From Longimicrobiales bacterium (GTDB lineage: Bacteria > Gemmatimonadota > Gemmatimonadetes > Longimicrobiales > Gaopeijiaceae), in assembly GCA_965238005.1 (NCBI GenBank), contig OZ250165.1, forward strand, positions 864,001 to 928,000: 64,000 nt of DNA, read 5' to 3'. Of the stretch, positions 40,605 through 50,677 are shown one piece after another. The number at the start of each line of letters is the position of its first letter. The first letter of the stretch is position 1. The notes beneath the pieces were generated by a model. It was not told the DNA's origin, made no database searches, and saw only the letters and a list, made by a program, of their open reading frames with translations. A program made the translations under genes and the position numbers.

Positions 40605-42857
40605 TCACCTCGGTCCCGACGGCAGATACGTCAAAAAGTGCCGCGCCATGAGCATGCGGACGTGCAGCGACGTGCCCTCCCCTTCGGAGATGCCGTGATT
40701 GCGATTCGGGTAGGTCATGTAATCGAACGTTTTTCCCAGCTCGACCAGCCGGTTGACGAGGAGCTCAACCCCTTGGAACAAGCAGTTCGTTTCTCCGGTG
40801 CCATGGATGATTAAGAGATGCCCGCGTAGTCCTTCCGCATAGTTGATCGGCGAGCTCAGTCGGTATCCTTCGGGATTCTCGGCGGGTGTGCCTAGATAGG
40901 TTCGTTGCCAGCCGTCATAGTACGTCTCGGGAACCGGCTTGGACGCGACGGCGACCCCGACCTTGAATAGGTCTCCCTGCCGGAACAGCGCGTTGAGCGT
41001 ATTCGATCCGCCGCCGCTCCAGCCCCAGATGCCGACCCGGGTCGAATCCACATACGGCCTCATTTGCGCCAGCCGCCGTATCCCTGCCGCCTGGTCTTGT
41101 ACCGCAAGTGGGCCCATCTCGCGAGCCCCCGCTCGTCGCCACGCGGTTCCCTTCGGCGCCGGCGTCCCACGATTGTCGATCGACATCACGAGGTAGCCAG
41201 CGTCGGCCATCGCCCGGTGGAACATCGGGCCCCCGCTGATGTTCCACGCATCTTCGACGGTGGTCCCCCCGTTCTCGCCGTAGATGTACACGATCACGGG
41301 ATACTTCTTCGTGGGGTCGAAATCACGCGGTTTGATCAGCCACGCGTCCATGACCACTCCGCCGCCGATGTCCAGCTTGAGGAATTCGGTCGGGCGAGGA
41401 ATCCAGGTCCTCCGTTTTTCTCGCAGCTCGGCGTTGGATTCAAGTACGCGTACTAGGCGATGCGACGGGAGCTCCACGAGCTCCGTCACGGGCGGTGAGT
41501 CGATCGTCGAGTAGGTGTGAAAGGCCCAGCGCCCGTCCGAAGAAAGCCGGTAGGAGTGCTGTCCCGGCTGATCCGCGGGAGTGACTCGATCCGCCTCTCC
41601 CGTTCCATCCGGCCGGACCTTATACAGATAGTTCTGTGTCGCATTATCGGGTGACGCAGAAAAATACAACCACTCGCCTTTCTGATCGCTCATGGGTTGC
41701 AAGTGGTCGTACGCTCCCCTCGTCAAGCGCGTCTCCTTCCCGTCACGCGAGATGGAGTAGATGTGGCTCCAACCATCCCGGTCCATGTCCACGTACATCC
41801 GGTCGCCGCGGATGACCGGTCGCTGGCGGCGGCCCCAGGGGGCCTCCTGGCGGTAGAGCCGCCTGACGGTCCCCGAGGCCGCGTTCGCGAGAAGAATGTC
41901 TCGCACGACGCTCCCGCGACTGTCCTGAACGATCATGACATGCTTCGAATCGTCCTCCCAGGACCATTCGAAGTTCCAACCCTCGGCTCCGTCCGAGTAC
42001 TCAGGGAGGGACAGCCAGCGGGTCTCGCCGCCCGTCGCGCTCACTATGCCCAGCCGATACGAACCGCCCGGCGCTCCCACACGGCTGTAATACACATAGC
42101 GAACCGTCGGAACGGCCGAGTCTGTATTGTTGAGAAGGGGGATCCTGGGCACTTTGCTGATGTCCGACTGAAGGTATGCGATCTGCTGACCGTCCGGGCT
42201 CCACCGCACACCGGGGGCTTGAGAAGCGCCTTGGACAACCACGAACACCCGCATTCCGTAGAATTTCAGAGAGTCGGCTTTGCCGTCCCTCGTGATCCGC
42301 GTAATCACTTTGGTTCGGACATCCTCTACGACTAGATCCGCGTCGCGCACGTAGGCCACGCGCTGGCCATCGGGTGAGAGGGTGGCGCTCGCCGACCACA
42401 CGCCGGAGGCCACCTGCCGGAGTGAACCTGTCGTGCGATCGAGCAACCAGAGATCGGCGAGGTCGATAGGACGGCCGACGACTGGGCGAGTGTTGGTCTT
42501 GAAGAGCACCCGCTCGGCGTTCTTCGACAGCTCGTACTGCCTGACTTCCAGCGGCTTTGAAGCACCCGGCGGCGTCACCTGCGCGATCGAGACGAAGACG
42601 GTGCGGTTGCCGCTGGAAGGCTCATAATGCACGATCTCCTGGCCAGTGCCTGATGCCGCCGGCTCTAGCACGAGGTAGCCAGAGCCGTCGGGCAACCAAT
42701 TGGCTCGAAAGCCTTTGGCTGTGAACTCGTTCTTCTCGTAGATCGCTCGCAAACGTGCCTCGAGTTCGGCGGGAACCTGTGCCGGAGCGGGCACGGCCGC
42801 CGAAACGAGGAGGAGGTAGGAGAGCAAGGGAGCTCTTGGGAAGCTCGAGGTGATCAT
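40605..42857 (-). CDS. S9B/DPP-IV-like peptidase, duplicate A
   Basis: Signal peptide, propeller, GWSGGG, HGTGETN, YPNRNHG; ATG after GGAGG. Confidence 0.92.
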   Translation of the reverse strand: MITSSFPRAPLLSYLLLVSAAVPAPAQVPAELEARLRAIYEKNEFTAKGFRANWLPDGSGYLVLEPAASGTGQEIVHYEPSSGNRTVFVSIAQVTPPGASKPLEVRQYELSKNAERVLFKTNTRPVVGRPIDLADLWLLDRTTGSLRQVASGVWSASATLSPDGQRVAYVRDADLVVEDVRTKVITRITRDGKADSLKFYGMRVFVVVQGASQAPGVRWSPDGQQIAYLQSDISKVPRIPLLNNTDSAVPTVRYVYYSRVGAPGGSYRLGIVSATGGETRWLSLPEYSDGAEGWNFEWSWEDDSKHVMIVQDSRGSVVRDILLANAASGTVRRLYRQEAPWGRRQRPVIRGDRMYVDMDRDGWSHIYSISRDGKETRLTRGAYDHLQPMSDQKGEWLYFSASPDNATQNYLYKVRPDGTGEADRVTPADQPGQHSYRLSSDGRWAFHTYSTIDSPPVTELVELPSHRLVRVLESNAELREKRRTWIPRPTEFLKLDIGGGVVMDAWLIKPRDFDPTKKYPVIVYIYGENGGTTVEDAWNISGGPMFHRAMADAGYLVMSIDNRGTPAPKGTAWRRAGAREMGPLAVQDQAAGIRRLAQMRPYVDSTRVGIWGWSGGGSNTLNALFRQGDLFKVGVAVASKPVPETYYDGWQRTYLGTPAENPEGYRLSSPINYAEGLRGHLLIIHGTGETNCLFQGVELLVNRLVELGKTFDYMTYPNRNHGISEGEGTSLHVRMLMARHFLTYLPSGPR

Positions 42858-43012
42858 GACATAGCCTCCGGCAATTGCCTCGCGGATCACTGTCCGCCAG
42901 AAGGGAGATGTTCGAGGAAGTACCGCGCGATGAGTCGGCGTACGTGGGGGGTGGACCCGGGGCCTTCCCTCAGCCCCAGGGTGGAGTGTGGCCGGGCTGG
43001 GGTTCGTGTCAT

Positions 43013-45262
43013 TCACCTCGGTCCCGACGGCAGATACGTCAAAAAGTGCCGCGCCATGCGCATGCGGACGTGCAGCGACGTGCCCTCCCCTTCGGAGATG
43101 CCGTGATTGCGATTCGGGTAGGTCATGTAATCGAACGTTTTTCCCAGCTCGACCAGCCGGTTGACGAGGAGCTCAACCCCTTGGAACAAGCAGTTCGTGT
43201 CTCCGGTGCCATGGATGATTAGGAGATGCCCGCGCAGTCCTTCCGCATAGTTGATCGGCGAGCTCAGTCGGTATCCTTCGGGATTCTCGGCGGGTGTGCC
43301 TAGATAGGTTCGTTGCCAGCTGTCATAGTACGTCCTGGGAACCGGCTTGGACGCGACGGCGACCCCGACCTTGAATAGGTCTCCCTGCCGGAACAGCGCG
43401 TTGAGCGTATTCGATCCGCCGCCGCTCCAGCCCCAGATGCCGACCCGGGTCGAATCCACATACGGCCTCATTTGCGCCAGCCGCCGTATCCCTGCCGCCT
43501 GGTCTTGTACCGCAAGTGGGCCCATCTCGCGAGCCCCCGCTCGTCGCCACGCGGTTCCCTTCGGCGCCGGCGTCCCACGATTGTCGATCGACATCACGAG
43601 GTAGCCAGCGTCGGCCATCGCCCGGTGGAACATCGGGCCCCCGCTGATGTTCCACGCATCTTCGACGGTGGTCCCCCCGTTCTCGCCGTAGATGTACACG
43701 ATCACGGGATACTTCTTCGTGGGGTCGAAATCACGCGGTTTGATCAGCCACGCGTCCATGACCACTCCGCCGCCGATGTCCAGCTTGAGGAATTCGGTCG
43801 GGCGAGGAATCCAGGTCCTCCGTTTTTCTCGCAGCTCGGCGTTGGATTCAAGTACGCGTACTAGGCGATGCGACGGGAGCTCCACGAGCTCCGTCACGGG
43901 CGGTGAGTCGATCGTCGAGTAGGTGTGAAAGGCCCAGCGCCCGTCCGAAGAAAGCCGGTAGGAGTGCTGTCCCGGCTGATCCGCGGGAGTGACTCGATCC
44001 GCCTCTCCCGTTCCATCCGGCCGGACCTTATACAGATAGTTCTGTGTCGCATTATCGGGTGACGCAGAAAAATACAACCACTCGCCTTTCTGATCGCTCA
44101 TGGGTTGCAAGTGGTCGTACGCTCCCTTCGTCAAGCGCGTCTCCTTCCCGTCACGCGAGATGGAGTAGATGTGGCTCCAACCATCCCGGTCCATGTCCAC
44201 GTACATCCGGTCGCCGCGGATGACCGGTCGCTGGCCGCGGCCCCAGGGGGCCTCCTGGCGGTAGAGTCGCCTGACGGTCCCCGTGGCCGCGTTCGCGAGA
44301 AGAATGTCTCGCACGACGCTCCCGCGACTGTCCTGAACGATCATGAGATGCTTCGAATCGTCCTCCCAGGACCATCCGAAGCTATAACCGGTGACTCCGT
44401 CCGAGTACTCAGGGAGGGACAGCCAGCGGGTCTCGCCGCCCGTCGCGCTCACTATGCCCAGCCGATACGACTCGCCGGGCGCTCCCACACGGCTGTAATA
44501 CACATAGCGAACCGTCGGAACGGCCGAGTCTGTATTGTTGAGAAGGGGGATCCTGGGCACTTTGCTGATGTCCGACTGAACGTATGCGATCTGCTGACCG
44601 TCCGGGCTCCACCGCACACCGGGGGCTTGAGAAGCGCCTTCGCCCACGAACACCCGCATTCCGTAGAATTTCAGAGAGTCGGCCTGACCGTCCCTCGTGA
44701 TCCGCGTAGTCACCTCGGTTCGGACATCCTCTACGACTAGATCCGCGTCGCGCACGTAGGCCACGCGCTGGCCATCGGGTGAGAGGGTGGCGCTCGCTGA
44801 CCACACGCCGGAGGCCACCTGCCGGAGTGAACCTGTCGTGCGATCGAGCAACCAGAGATCGGCGAGGTCGATAGGACGGCCGACGACCGGGCGAGTGTTG
44901 GTCTTGAAAAGCACCCGCTCGGCGTTCTTCGACAGCTCGTACTGCCTGACTTCCAGCGGCTTTGAAGCACCCGGCGGCGTCACCTGCGCGATCGAGACGA
45001 AGACGGTGCGGTTGCCGCTGGAAGGCTCATAATGCACGATCTCCTGGCCAGTGCCTGATGCCGCCGGCTCTAGCACGAGGTAGCCAGAGCCGTTGGGCAA
45101 CCAATTGGCTCGAAAGCCTTTGGCTGTGAACTCGTTCTTCTCGTAGATCGCTCGCAAACGTGCCTCGAGTTCGGCGGGAACCTGTGCCGGAGCGGGCACG
45201 GCCGCCGAAACGAGGAGGAGGTAGGAGAGCAGGGGAGCTCTTGGGAAGCTCGAGGTGATCAT
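43013..45262 (-). CDS. S9B/DPP-IV-like peptidase, duplicate B
   Basis: GWSGGG, HGTGDTN, YPNRNHG. Confidence 0.92.
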   Translation of the reverse strand: MITSSFPRAPLLSYLLLVSAAVPAPAQVPAELEARLRAIYEKNEFTAKGFRANWLPNGSGYLVLEPAASGTGQEIVHYEPSSGNRTVFVSIAQVTPPGASKPLEVRQYELSKNAERVLFKTNTRPVVGRPIDLADLWLLDRTTGSLRQVASGVWSASATLSPDGQRVAYVRDADLVVEDVRTEVTTRITRDGQADSLKFYGMRVFVGEGASQAPGVRWSPDGQQIAYVQSDISKVPRIPLLNNTDSAVPTVRYVYYSRVGAPGESYRLGIVSATGGETRWLSLPEYSDGVTGYSFGWSWEDDSKHLMIVQDSRGSVVRDILLANAATGTVRRLYRQEAPWGRGQRPVIRGDRMYVDMDRDGWSHIYSISRDGKETRLTKGAYDHLQPMSDQKGEWLYFSASPDNATQNYLYKVRPDGTGEADRVTPADQPGQHSYRLSSDGRWAFHTYSTIDSPPVTELVELPSHRLVRVLESNAELREKRRTWIPRPTEFLKLDIGGGVVMDAWLIKPRDFDPTKKYPVIVYIYGENGGTTVEDAWNISGGPMFHRAMADAGYLVMSIDNRGTPAPKGTAWRRAGAREMGPLAVQDQAAGIRRLAQMRPYVDSTRVGIWGWSGGGSNTLNALFRQGDLFKVGVAVASKPVPRTYYDSWQRTYLGTPAENPEGYRLSSPINYAEGLRGHLLIIHGTGDTNCLFQGVELLVNRLVELGKTFDYMTYPNRNHGISEGEGTSLHVRMRMARHFLTYLPSGPR

Positions 45263-45291
45263 GACATAGCCTCCGGCAATCGCTTCGCGGA

Positions 45292-47586
45292 TCACTGTCC
45301 GCCAGGAGGGAGATGTTCGAGGAAGTACCGCGCGATGAGTCGGCGTACGTGGGGGGTGGACCCGGGGCCTTCCCTCAGCCCATGGTTGCGATCGGGGTAC
45401 ACCATGTAGTCGAACGGCTTGCCGAGCTCGACCAGACGATTTACCAGATGCTCGACGTGCTGGAGATGGGTATTCGTCTCTCCCGAGCCGTGCATGATGA
45501 GTAGGCGCCCCTTCAACCCCTCGGCGAAATTAAGGGGGTCCGCCAGGCGGTAGCCCTCGGGATTATCCTCCCGGGTCCTCATGTACCGTTCCTGGAACCC
45601 TGCACTGTACAGATCGGGCCGCGGCTTCGGGGCGACCGCGACGCCCACGTGATACTGGTCCGGCTTGCGAAAGAGTGCGTTCAACGTGTTGGTCCCGCCC
45701 GCGCTCCAGCCCCAGATCCCCACCCGCGAGAGGTCGACGTACGGCCGCGTGCGCCCCAGCTCGCGCAGGCCGGCCGCCTGCTCTTCGGTCGACAGCGGCC
45801 CCATGCTGGGGAAGATAGCCCGGCGCCAGGCCGCACCCTTGGGCGCCGGCGTACCCTGGTTGTCCCACGACACCACCAGATACCCCTCGTCCGCGATTGC
45901 CTGATGGAAGAGGTGATTGCCCTGCTGGGCACCCCAAGCGTTCTCCACCACGGCGTCCGCCGGCTCGGCGTAGATGAAGACGATCACAGGGTATTTCTTG
46001 CCCGCATCGAAGTCCCGGGGCTTGATCATCAGCGCGTCCATCACGATACCGTTGCCGATGTCCAGCGTGAAGAACTCGGTCGGGTTTATGAACCACGCTT
46101 TCATCTTCTCGCGAAGCGCCGCATTGTCCTCCAGCACGCGCACGACGCGGTGGGAGGGGAGCTCGACGAGGTCGGTCACCGGCGGCGTGTCGAAGGTCGA
46201 ATAGCTATGGAAGGCGTACCGACCGTTGGGCGACGGAACATACTGGTGGAACCCCGAGGCCGTCGCCGGCGTCACCCGTTCGGCCTTTCCGCTGCCGTCC
46301 AACGGGACGCGATAGAGATGGGACTCAGTGGCATTGTCGGGCGAGGCGTGATAGTAGAACCAGCCTCCCGTCTCGTCGACCATGCCGATGGGACGCCCGC
46401 GGCCGGCGGTTTGGATATCGTGCGGCCCGGGCGTCAGCAGCGTCTGCGTCTTGCCGTCACGCGACAGGAGAAATGCGTGCCGCCAGCCGTCTCGCTCGCT
46501 GATCAGCAGGAACCTCTTGCCATCGCGTAGCGGCTCGAGCGTGAGACGCACCCACGCCGAGTCGCTTTCGTGGTACATCGGGGTGACCGCACTGGTCCGT
46601 ACGTTCACGTAGAAAGCGCTGAACACGTCCCGTCCCCGAGATTGCTGCTCCAGCAGCAGCTCGTCGGAACTACCTGCCCAACTCGCGCTGAGGTAATACG
46701 TACCCGGTTTTCCCGGAACGGCGATCCACTGGGTCGGGCCGCCATCCGCGTTCACCACGCCCACCCGTGTCGTCGCGATTGGGGTGCCCACCTTGGCGTA
46801 ACGGGTGTCTCTCACCACCGGATACGTTGCCTCAGTAAATTTGACGATCGGGAACCTCCCGACGCTCCGTTGGTCTCGCTGCGTGTAAGCGACCTTCTGC
46901 CCGTCAGGACTCCAGTAACCAGTATTCGTGACGCTATCCGGTAGCGCATCCCGCGTGAGCACCACGTGTCGCTCAGTGTCGAGATCGTACACGTACAGGT
47001 TGCCCCCCCTCACGTAGAGGAGGTGCCGCCCATCGGGGGAAAGACCCCCCGACAGATCCCCAGACCCGCTACACGACTCGGCGTCGGAGACGAGCTTCCG
47101 AAGGGTGTGTGCCCTGCGGTCCAGCAGCCAGCAATCGCCCCCAGTGCCACCCCCGGGCAGCGGGCGGGTGTTCGAACGAAAGAGCATGCGCCCTCCGTCG
47201 GCCGAGAGGGCATAATCTTCGATGGTGAGCGGCTGGGAGGTACCCGCCGGCACAAGATCCGAAGCCGACACGAGTGTGCTGCGCTCTCCCGTCGCGGCAT
47301 CGTACTGCACTAGCTCTCTTGACCGGTCTGCGCCGAGCTCGAGGGCCAGGTAACCGGAGCCATCTGGGAGCCACCGCAAGTCAACCAAACGCCCCCGAGG
47401 CATGATCTGTTCGGCCTCGAGCTCATTCGTCGTATAAAGGGAATGGATCCGCGCTTCCAACGCCGCCGGCAGCTCCGCGCTACGCACGGCCTGCCGCGTG
47501 GCGGCGTCTGGCCCGCAACCAGCAACGACAGCACACAGCGCCAGCGTGGTCACGGTCACCGTGGACTTGTGGACATCGGTGGTCAT
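45292..47586 (-). CDS. S9B/DPP-IV-like peptidase (probable lipoprotein)
   Basis: VAGC lipobox, GWSAGG, HGSGETN, YPDRNHG. Confidence 0.92.
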   Translation of the reverse strand: MTTDVHKSTVTVTTLALCAVVAGCGPDAATRQAVRSAELPAALEARIHSLYTTNELEAEQIMPRGRLVDLRWLPDGSGYLALELGADRSRELVQYDAATGERSTLVSASDLVPAGTSQPLTIEDYALSADGGRMLFRSNTRPLPGGGTGGDCWLLDRRAHTLRKLVSDAESCSGSGDLSGGLSPDGRHLLYVRGGNLYVYDLDTERHVVLTRDALPDSVTNTGYWSPDGQKVAYTQRDQRSVGRFPIVKFTEATYPVVRDTRYAKVGTPIATTRVGVVNADGGPTQWIAVPGKPGTYYLSASWAGSSDELLLEQQSRGRDVFSAFYVNVRTSAVTPMYHESDSAWVRLTLEPLRDGKRFLLISERDGWRHAFLLSRDGKTQTLLTPGPHDIQTAGRGRPIGMVDETGGWFYYHASPDNATESHLYRVPLDGSGKAERVTPATASGFHQYVPSPNGRYAFHSYSTFDTPPVTDLVELPSHRVVRVLEDNAALREKMKAWFINPTEFFTLDIGNGIVMDALMIKPRDFDAGKKYPVIVFIYAEPADAVVENAWGAQQGNHLFHQAIADEGYLVVSWDNQGTPAPKGAAWRRAIFPSMGPLSTEEQAAGLRELGRTRPYVDLSRVGIWGWSAGGTNTLNALFRKPDQYHVGVAVAPKPRPDLYSAGFQERYMRTREDNPEGYRLADPLNFAEGLKGRLLIMHGSGETNTHLQHVEHLVNRLVELGKPFDYMVYPDRNHGLREGPGSTPHVRRLIARYFLEHLPPGGQ

Positions 47587-47819
47587 CTCGCCTCCAGAGA
47601 AATTGGTCTCCTGGATATGCGCCCCGAAATCTGAACCGGTTTCGGGGCCGCTCCTCATAGTGACACGTCATCTGCGCATCCGCCACCCGGCCGAGCTCCA
47701 GGAGGTCCTGAGCCTCCAGTAGCAAGGAGCGATTCTCCACATTGAAGCGGGCCCGGAAGGACTCACTACGAAATCTGGGGCGGCGGACGAGCTCTTGGTG
47801 GAGCCGGGTCAAGAGGTCA

Positions 47820-48127
47820 CCCGCGGTCCCGATGGTGCCCCCAGGTGAGGCGGGTCCTCTCCTTGGTCTCCGTATCCACGGCCTAGATGGATCCGTGCTA
47901 GGCGTTGGCCTCCCGATCCATACGGGTCACCACGAAGGCCACCCGTCGTCCATCGGGATGGATCTGGGGCTCCCGAACCTCTTGGATTGCGAACAGATTC
48001 TCCGGCCTGACGGCGACGGAACTGCCCGGTCCAGATTCCGGCTGCAACGCCTTGAGCTATGGCTACCATGTAGAGTGGAACGTACGCGATCCGAGAGCGA
48101 TCCTTCCTTTGCACCTTCCTTTGCATC
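47820..48127 (-). pseudogene. Degraded N-terminus of an S9 peptidase
   Basis: PENLFAIQEVREPQIHPDGRRVAFVVTRMDREANA followed by in-frame stops. Confidence 0.55.
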
Positions 48128-48263
48128 CAATTGCGTTCCCGTTCGGTCGAGGCGATTCTTGAGATCCATGGGTCTCGATTTCGGATGGCGCGCTCTCCAT
48201 AAACGGCGATGAGTGACAGAATTCGGGCACCTTCAAGGATCTCTGAGGCTCGAGGGGAGAACG

Positions 48264-50648
48264 ATGAATCGAAACAAGAGTTCCTGGTGGACCTGGCTCG
48301 CCATGGCATTCGTGCTCGTTCCCGTAGCGGCGGGAGCGCAGGGGACGCGCGCCGACTACCAGCGCGCCGAGCAGTTCCTGTCGCCGAACGTCGACGAGCT
48401 GGTGCTGAACGAGAGCGTCAATCCGGAATGGATCGGCGAGAGCGATCGGTTCTGGTACCGACGGCAGCTGCCTGACGGCAAGCTATTCCTCGTCGTCGAC
48501 GCCGATCGCGCGACCCGAGAGCCCGCATTCGATCACGGGCGACTGGCGAGCGCCCTGTCGCAGGCCACCGGCACAACGTTCGAGGCCGACAACTTGCCCT
48601 TCGAGACGTTCGAGCTCGGCGAGGAAGTTCGGCTGGGCGGCGACGCCCGCGGCTCGATCGAGCTGACGGCTGACGAGCTTGCGTACCGCTGCGATCTACA
48701 GAGCTACGCCTGCGAGCCAGCCGAAGGACGGCGCGGGGAACGCGGCGGCGGACGGGGCGGAGCCGGCTTCGGCGGCCAACCAAGACTCGACCGCCCCTCC
48801 CCCGACGGCAAGTGGGTGGCATTCCACCGCGATCACAACCTCTGGGTCCGCTCCACCGAGTCGGGAGAAGAGATCCAACTCAGCGACGACGGCGAGGCGG
48901 CCAACGACTACATGGAGTCGCTGCCGTCGCCGCGCAACATGGTGGCGGCACAGACCGAGCACGTCGAGATGCCGGTCGCGGCGACCTGGTCGCCGGACTC
49001 CCGCAAGATCATCTCGTACCGGCTCGACCGCCGTTCGGCGCGGACCTTCACGGTGGTCCAAGCGGTGCCAGAGAACCAGGTGAGGCCGATCTCCTACACC
49101 TACCACTACGCCCTGCCGGGCGAGGTGGGCATCACCCACGCCGAGCCGGTCGTCTTCGACGTCTACAAGAGGATCAAGGTCGCGGTCGAGACGCCGCCAG
49201 TCGACCTCCTCTACTACCCGCTGCTGCTCGATGACCGCGAAGGCCCGCGCTTCACCTGGTTCGAAGACGGCGAGCGCTTCTATTTCCGACGCCAGGAGCG
49301 CGGCTACCAGATGAGCGAGATCGTTGAGGTCGATGCGGCGACGGGGAAGACGCGCGCCCTCGTTCACGAGCGGCTCGAGCCACACATCAATAGCTGGAGC
49401 CACGTCTGGCGCGTGCTCGGCGACGGCGCCGAGGTGCTGTGGTCCTCCGAACGCGACGGCTGGAACCACCTCTACCTCTACGACGGCGTGACGGGAGAGG
49501 TGAAGCGGCAGCTGACGAGCGGCAAGTGGGTCGTCCGGGATCTGGCCCGCGTCGACGAGGAGTCTCGCGCTGTCTACTTCATGGCCGGCGGCCGCGAGGC
49601 CGGCCGCGATCCCTATCTCCGGCACCTTTACCGGGTAGGCATGGACGGCGGCGAGGTCACCCTTCTGACCCCGGAGAACGCCGAGCACGCGGTAGACTTC
49701 TCGTTCAGCGGGCGCTTTTTCGTCGACACCTACTCGCGCGCCGACACCGTGCCCGTCTCGGTGCTGCGCCGCAGCGACGACGGCGAGGTCGTCATGGAGC
49801 TCGAGAAGGCCGACATCGAGCGCCTCCTGGCGACCGGGTGGAAGTGGCCGGAGCCCTTCAAGGGGAAGGCGCGTGACGGGCAAACCGACATCTACGGCAT
49901 CATCTGGCGGCCGTCGAACCTCGATCCGTCCCAGAAGTACCCCGTTGTCGAGCTGATCTACACCGGTCCGCACGGCTCCTTCGTGCCCAAGACCTTCCGC
50001 GCGTACCGCAACATGTCGCAGGCGATCGCCGAACTGGGCTTCATCTCGGTTCAAATCGACGGCCTGGGCACGAACCATCGAGGGAAGGAGTTCGGCGACT
50101 TCTCCTACGAGAACCTCGGCGACAGCGGCATCCCCGACCACATCGCTCTGATGCGACGGATGGCCGAGGAATATCCCTACATCGACCTCGACCGAGTCGG
50201 CATCTGGGGCGGTTCGGCCGGCGGCTACGGCTCGACGCACGCCATCTTGATGCATCCGGACTTCTACAAGGTCGCGGTCTCGACCTCCGGCAATCACGAC
50301 CACCGGATGGACAAGGCGAGCTGGAACGAGATGTGGATGGGGTTCCCGCTCGGCGACCACTACATCCAGCAGAGCAACGTAACCAACGCCCACAGGCTCG
50401 AGGGCAAGCTGTTCCTGGCCCACGGCGAGCTCGACGACAACGTGCCGGTCTCGTCGACCCTGCAGGTCGTCGATGCCCTCATCAAGGCGAACAAGGACTT
50501 CGACCTGCTGATCATGCCGGGTCGCTTCCACGGCCTGGGCGGCCCGTACTTCGACCGCAAGCGTTGGGACTATTTCGTCGAGCACCTGCTCGGGGTCGAG
50601 CCGCCCGCCGGATACGAGATCGGCGCCGGCAACGGCGCCTCGCGGTGA
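48264..50648 (+). CDS. S9B/DPP-IV-like peptidase
   Basis: Signal peptide, SERDGWNHLYLY, GGSAGG, HGELDDNV, PGRFHG. Confidence 0.93.
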   Translation: MNRNKSSWWTWLAMAFVLVPVAAGAQGTRADYQRAEQFLSPNVDELVLNESVNPEWIGESDRFWYRRQLPDGKLFLVVDADRATREPAFDHGRLASALSQATGTTFEADNLPFETFELGEEVRLGGDARGSIELTADELAYRCDLQSYACEPAEGRRGERGGGRGGAGFGGQPRLDRPSPDGKWVAFHRDHNLWVRSTESGEEIQLSDDGEAANDYMESLPSPRNMVAAQTEHVEMPVAATWSPDSRKIISYRLDRRSARTFTVVQAVPENQVRPISYTYHYALPGEVGITHAEPVVFDVYKRIKVAVETPPVDLLYYPLLLDDREGPRFTWFEDGERFYFRRQERGYQMSEIVEVDAATGKTRALVHERLEPHINSWSHVWRVLGDGAEVLWSSERDGWNHLYLYDGVTGEVKRQLTSGKWVVRDLARVDEESRAVYFMAGGREAGRDPYLRHLYRVGMDGGEVTLLTPENAEHAVDFSFSGRFFVDTYSRADTVPVSVLRRSDDGEVVMELEKADIERLLATGWKWPEPFKGKARDGQTDIYGIIWRPSNLDPSQKYPVVELIYTGPHGSFVPKTFRAYRNMSQAIAELGFISVQIDGLGTNHRGKEFGDFSYENLGDSGIPDHIALMRRMAEEYPYIDLDRVGIWGGSAGGYGSTHAILMHPDFYKVAVSTSGNHDHRMDKASWNEMWMGFPLGDHYIQQSNVTNAHRLEGKLFLAHGELDDNVPVSSTLQVVDALIKANKDFDLLIMPGRFHGLGGPYFDRKRWDYFVEHLLGVEPPAGYEIGAGNGASR

Positions 50649-50677
50649 GCCCTCGTTGCGGCCTTGGGTTCAGCACG

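Larger units (their letters stand above)
40568..45382. repeat. ~2.4-kb tandem duplication (units ~40568-42974 and ~42975-45378)
   Basis: Near-identical units with CCCA microhomology at all three junctions; each unit includes the last ~90 bp of the upstream peptidase gene. Confidence 0.92.

Noticed and set aside
40605..43016. 803-aa N-terminally extended peptidase
   Set aside because: The extension is read-through of the duplicated tail of the upstream gene; RBS and signal peptide point to ATG 42857.
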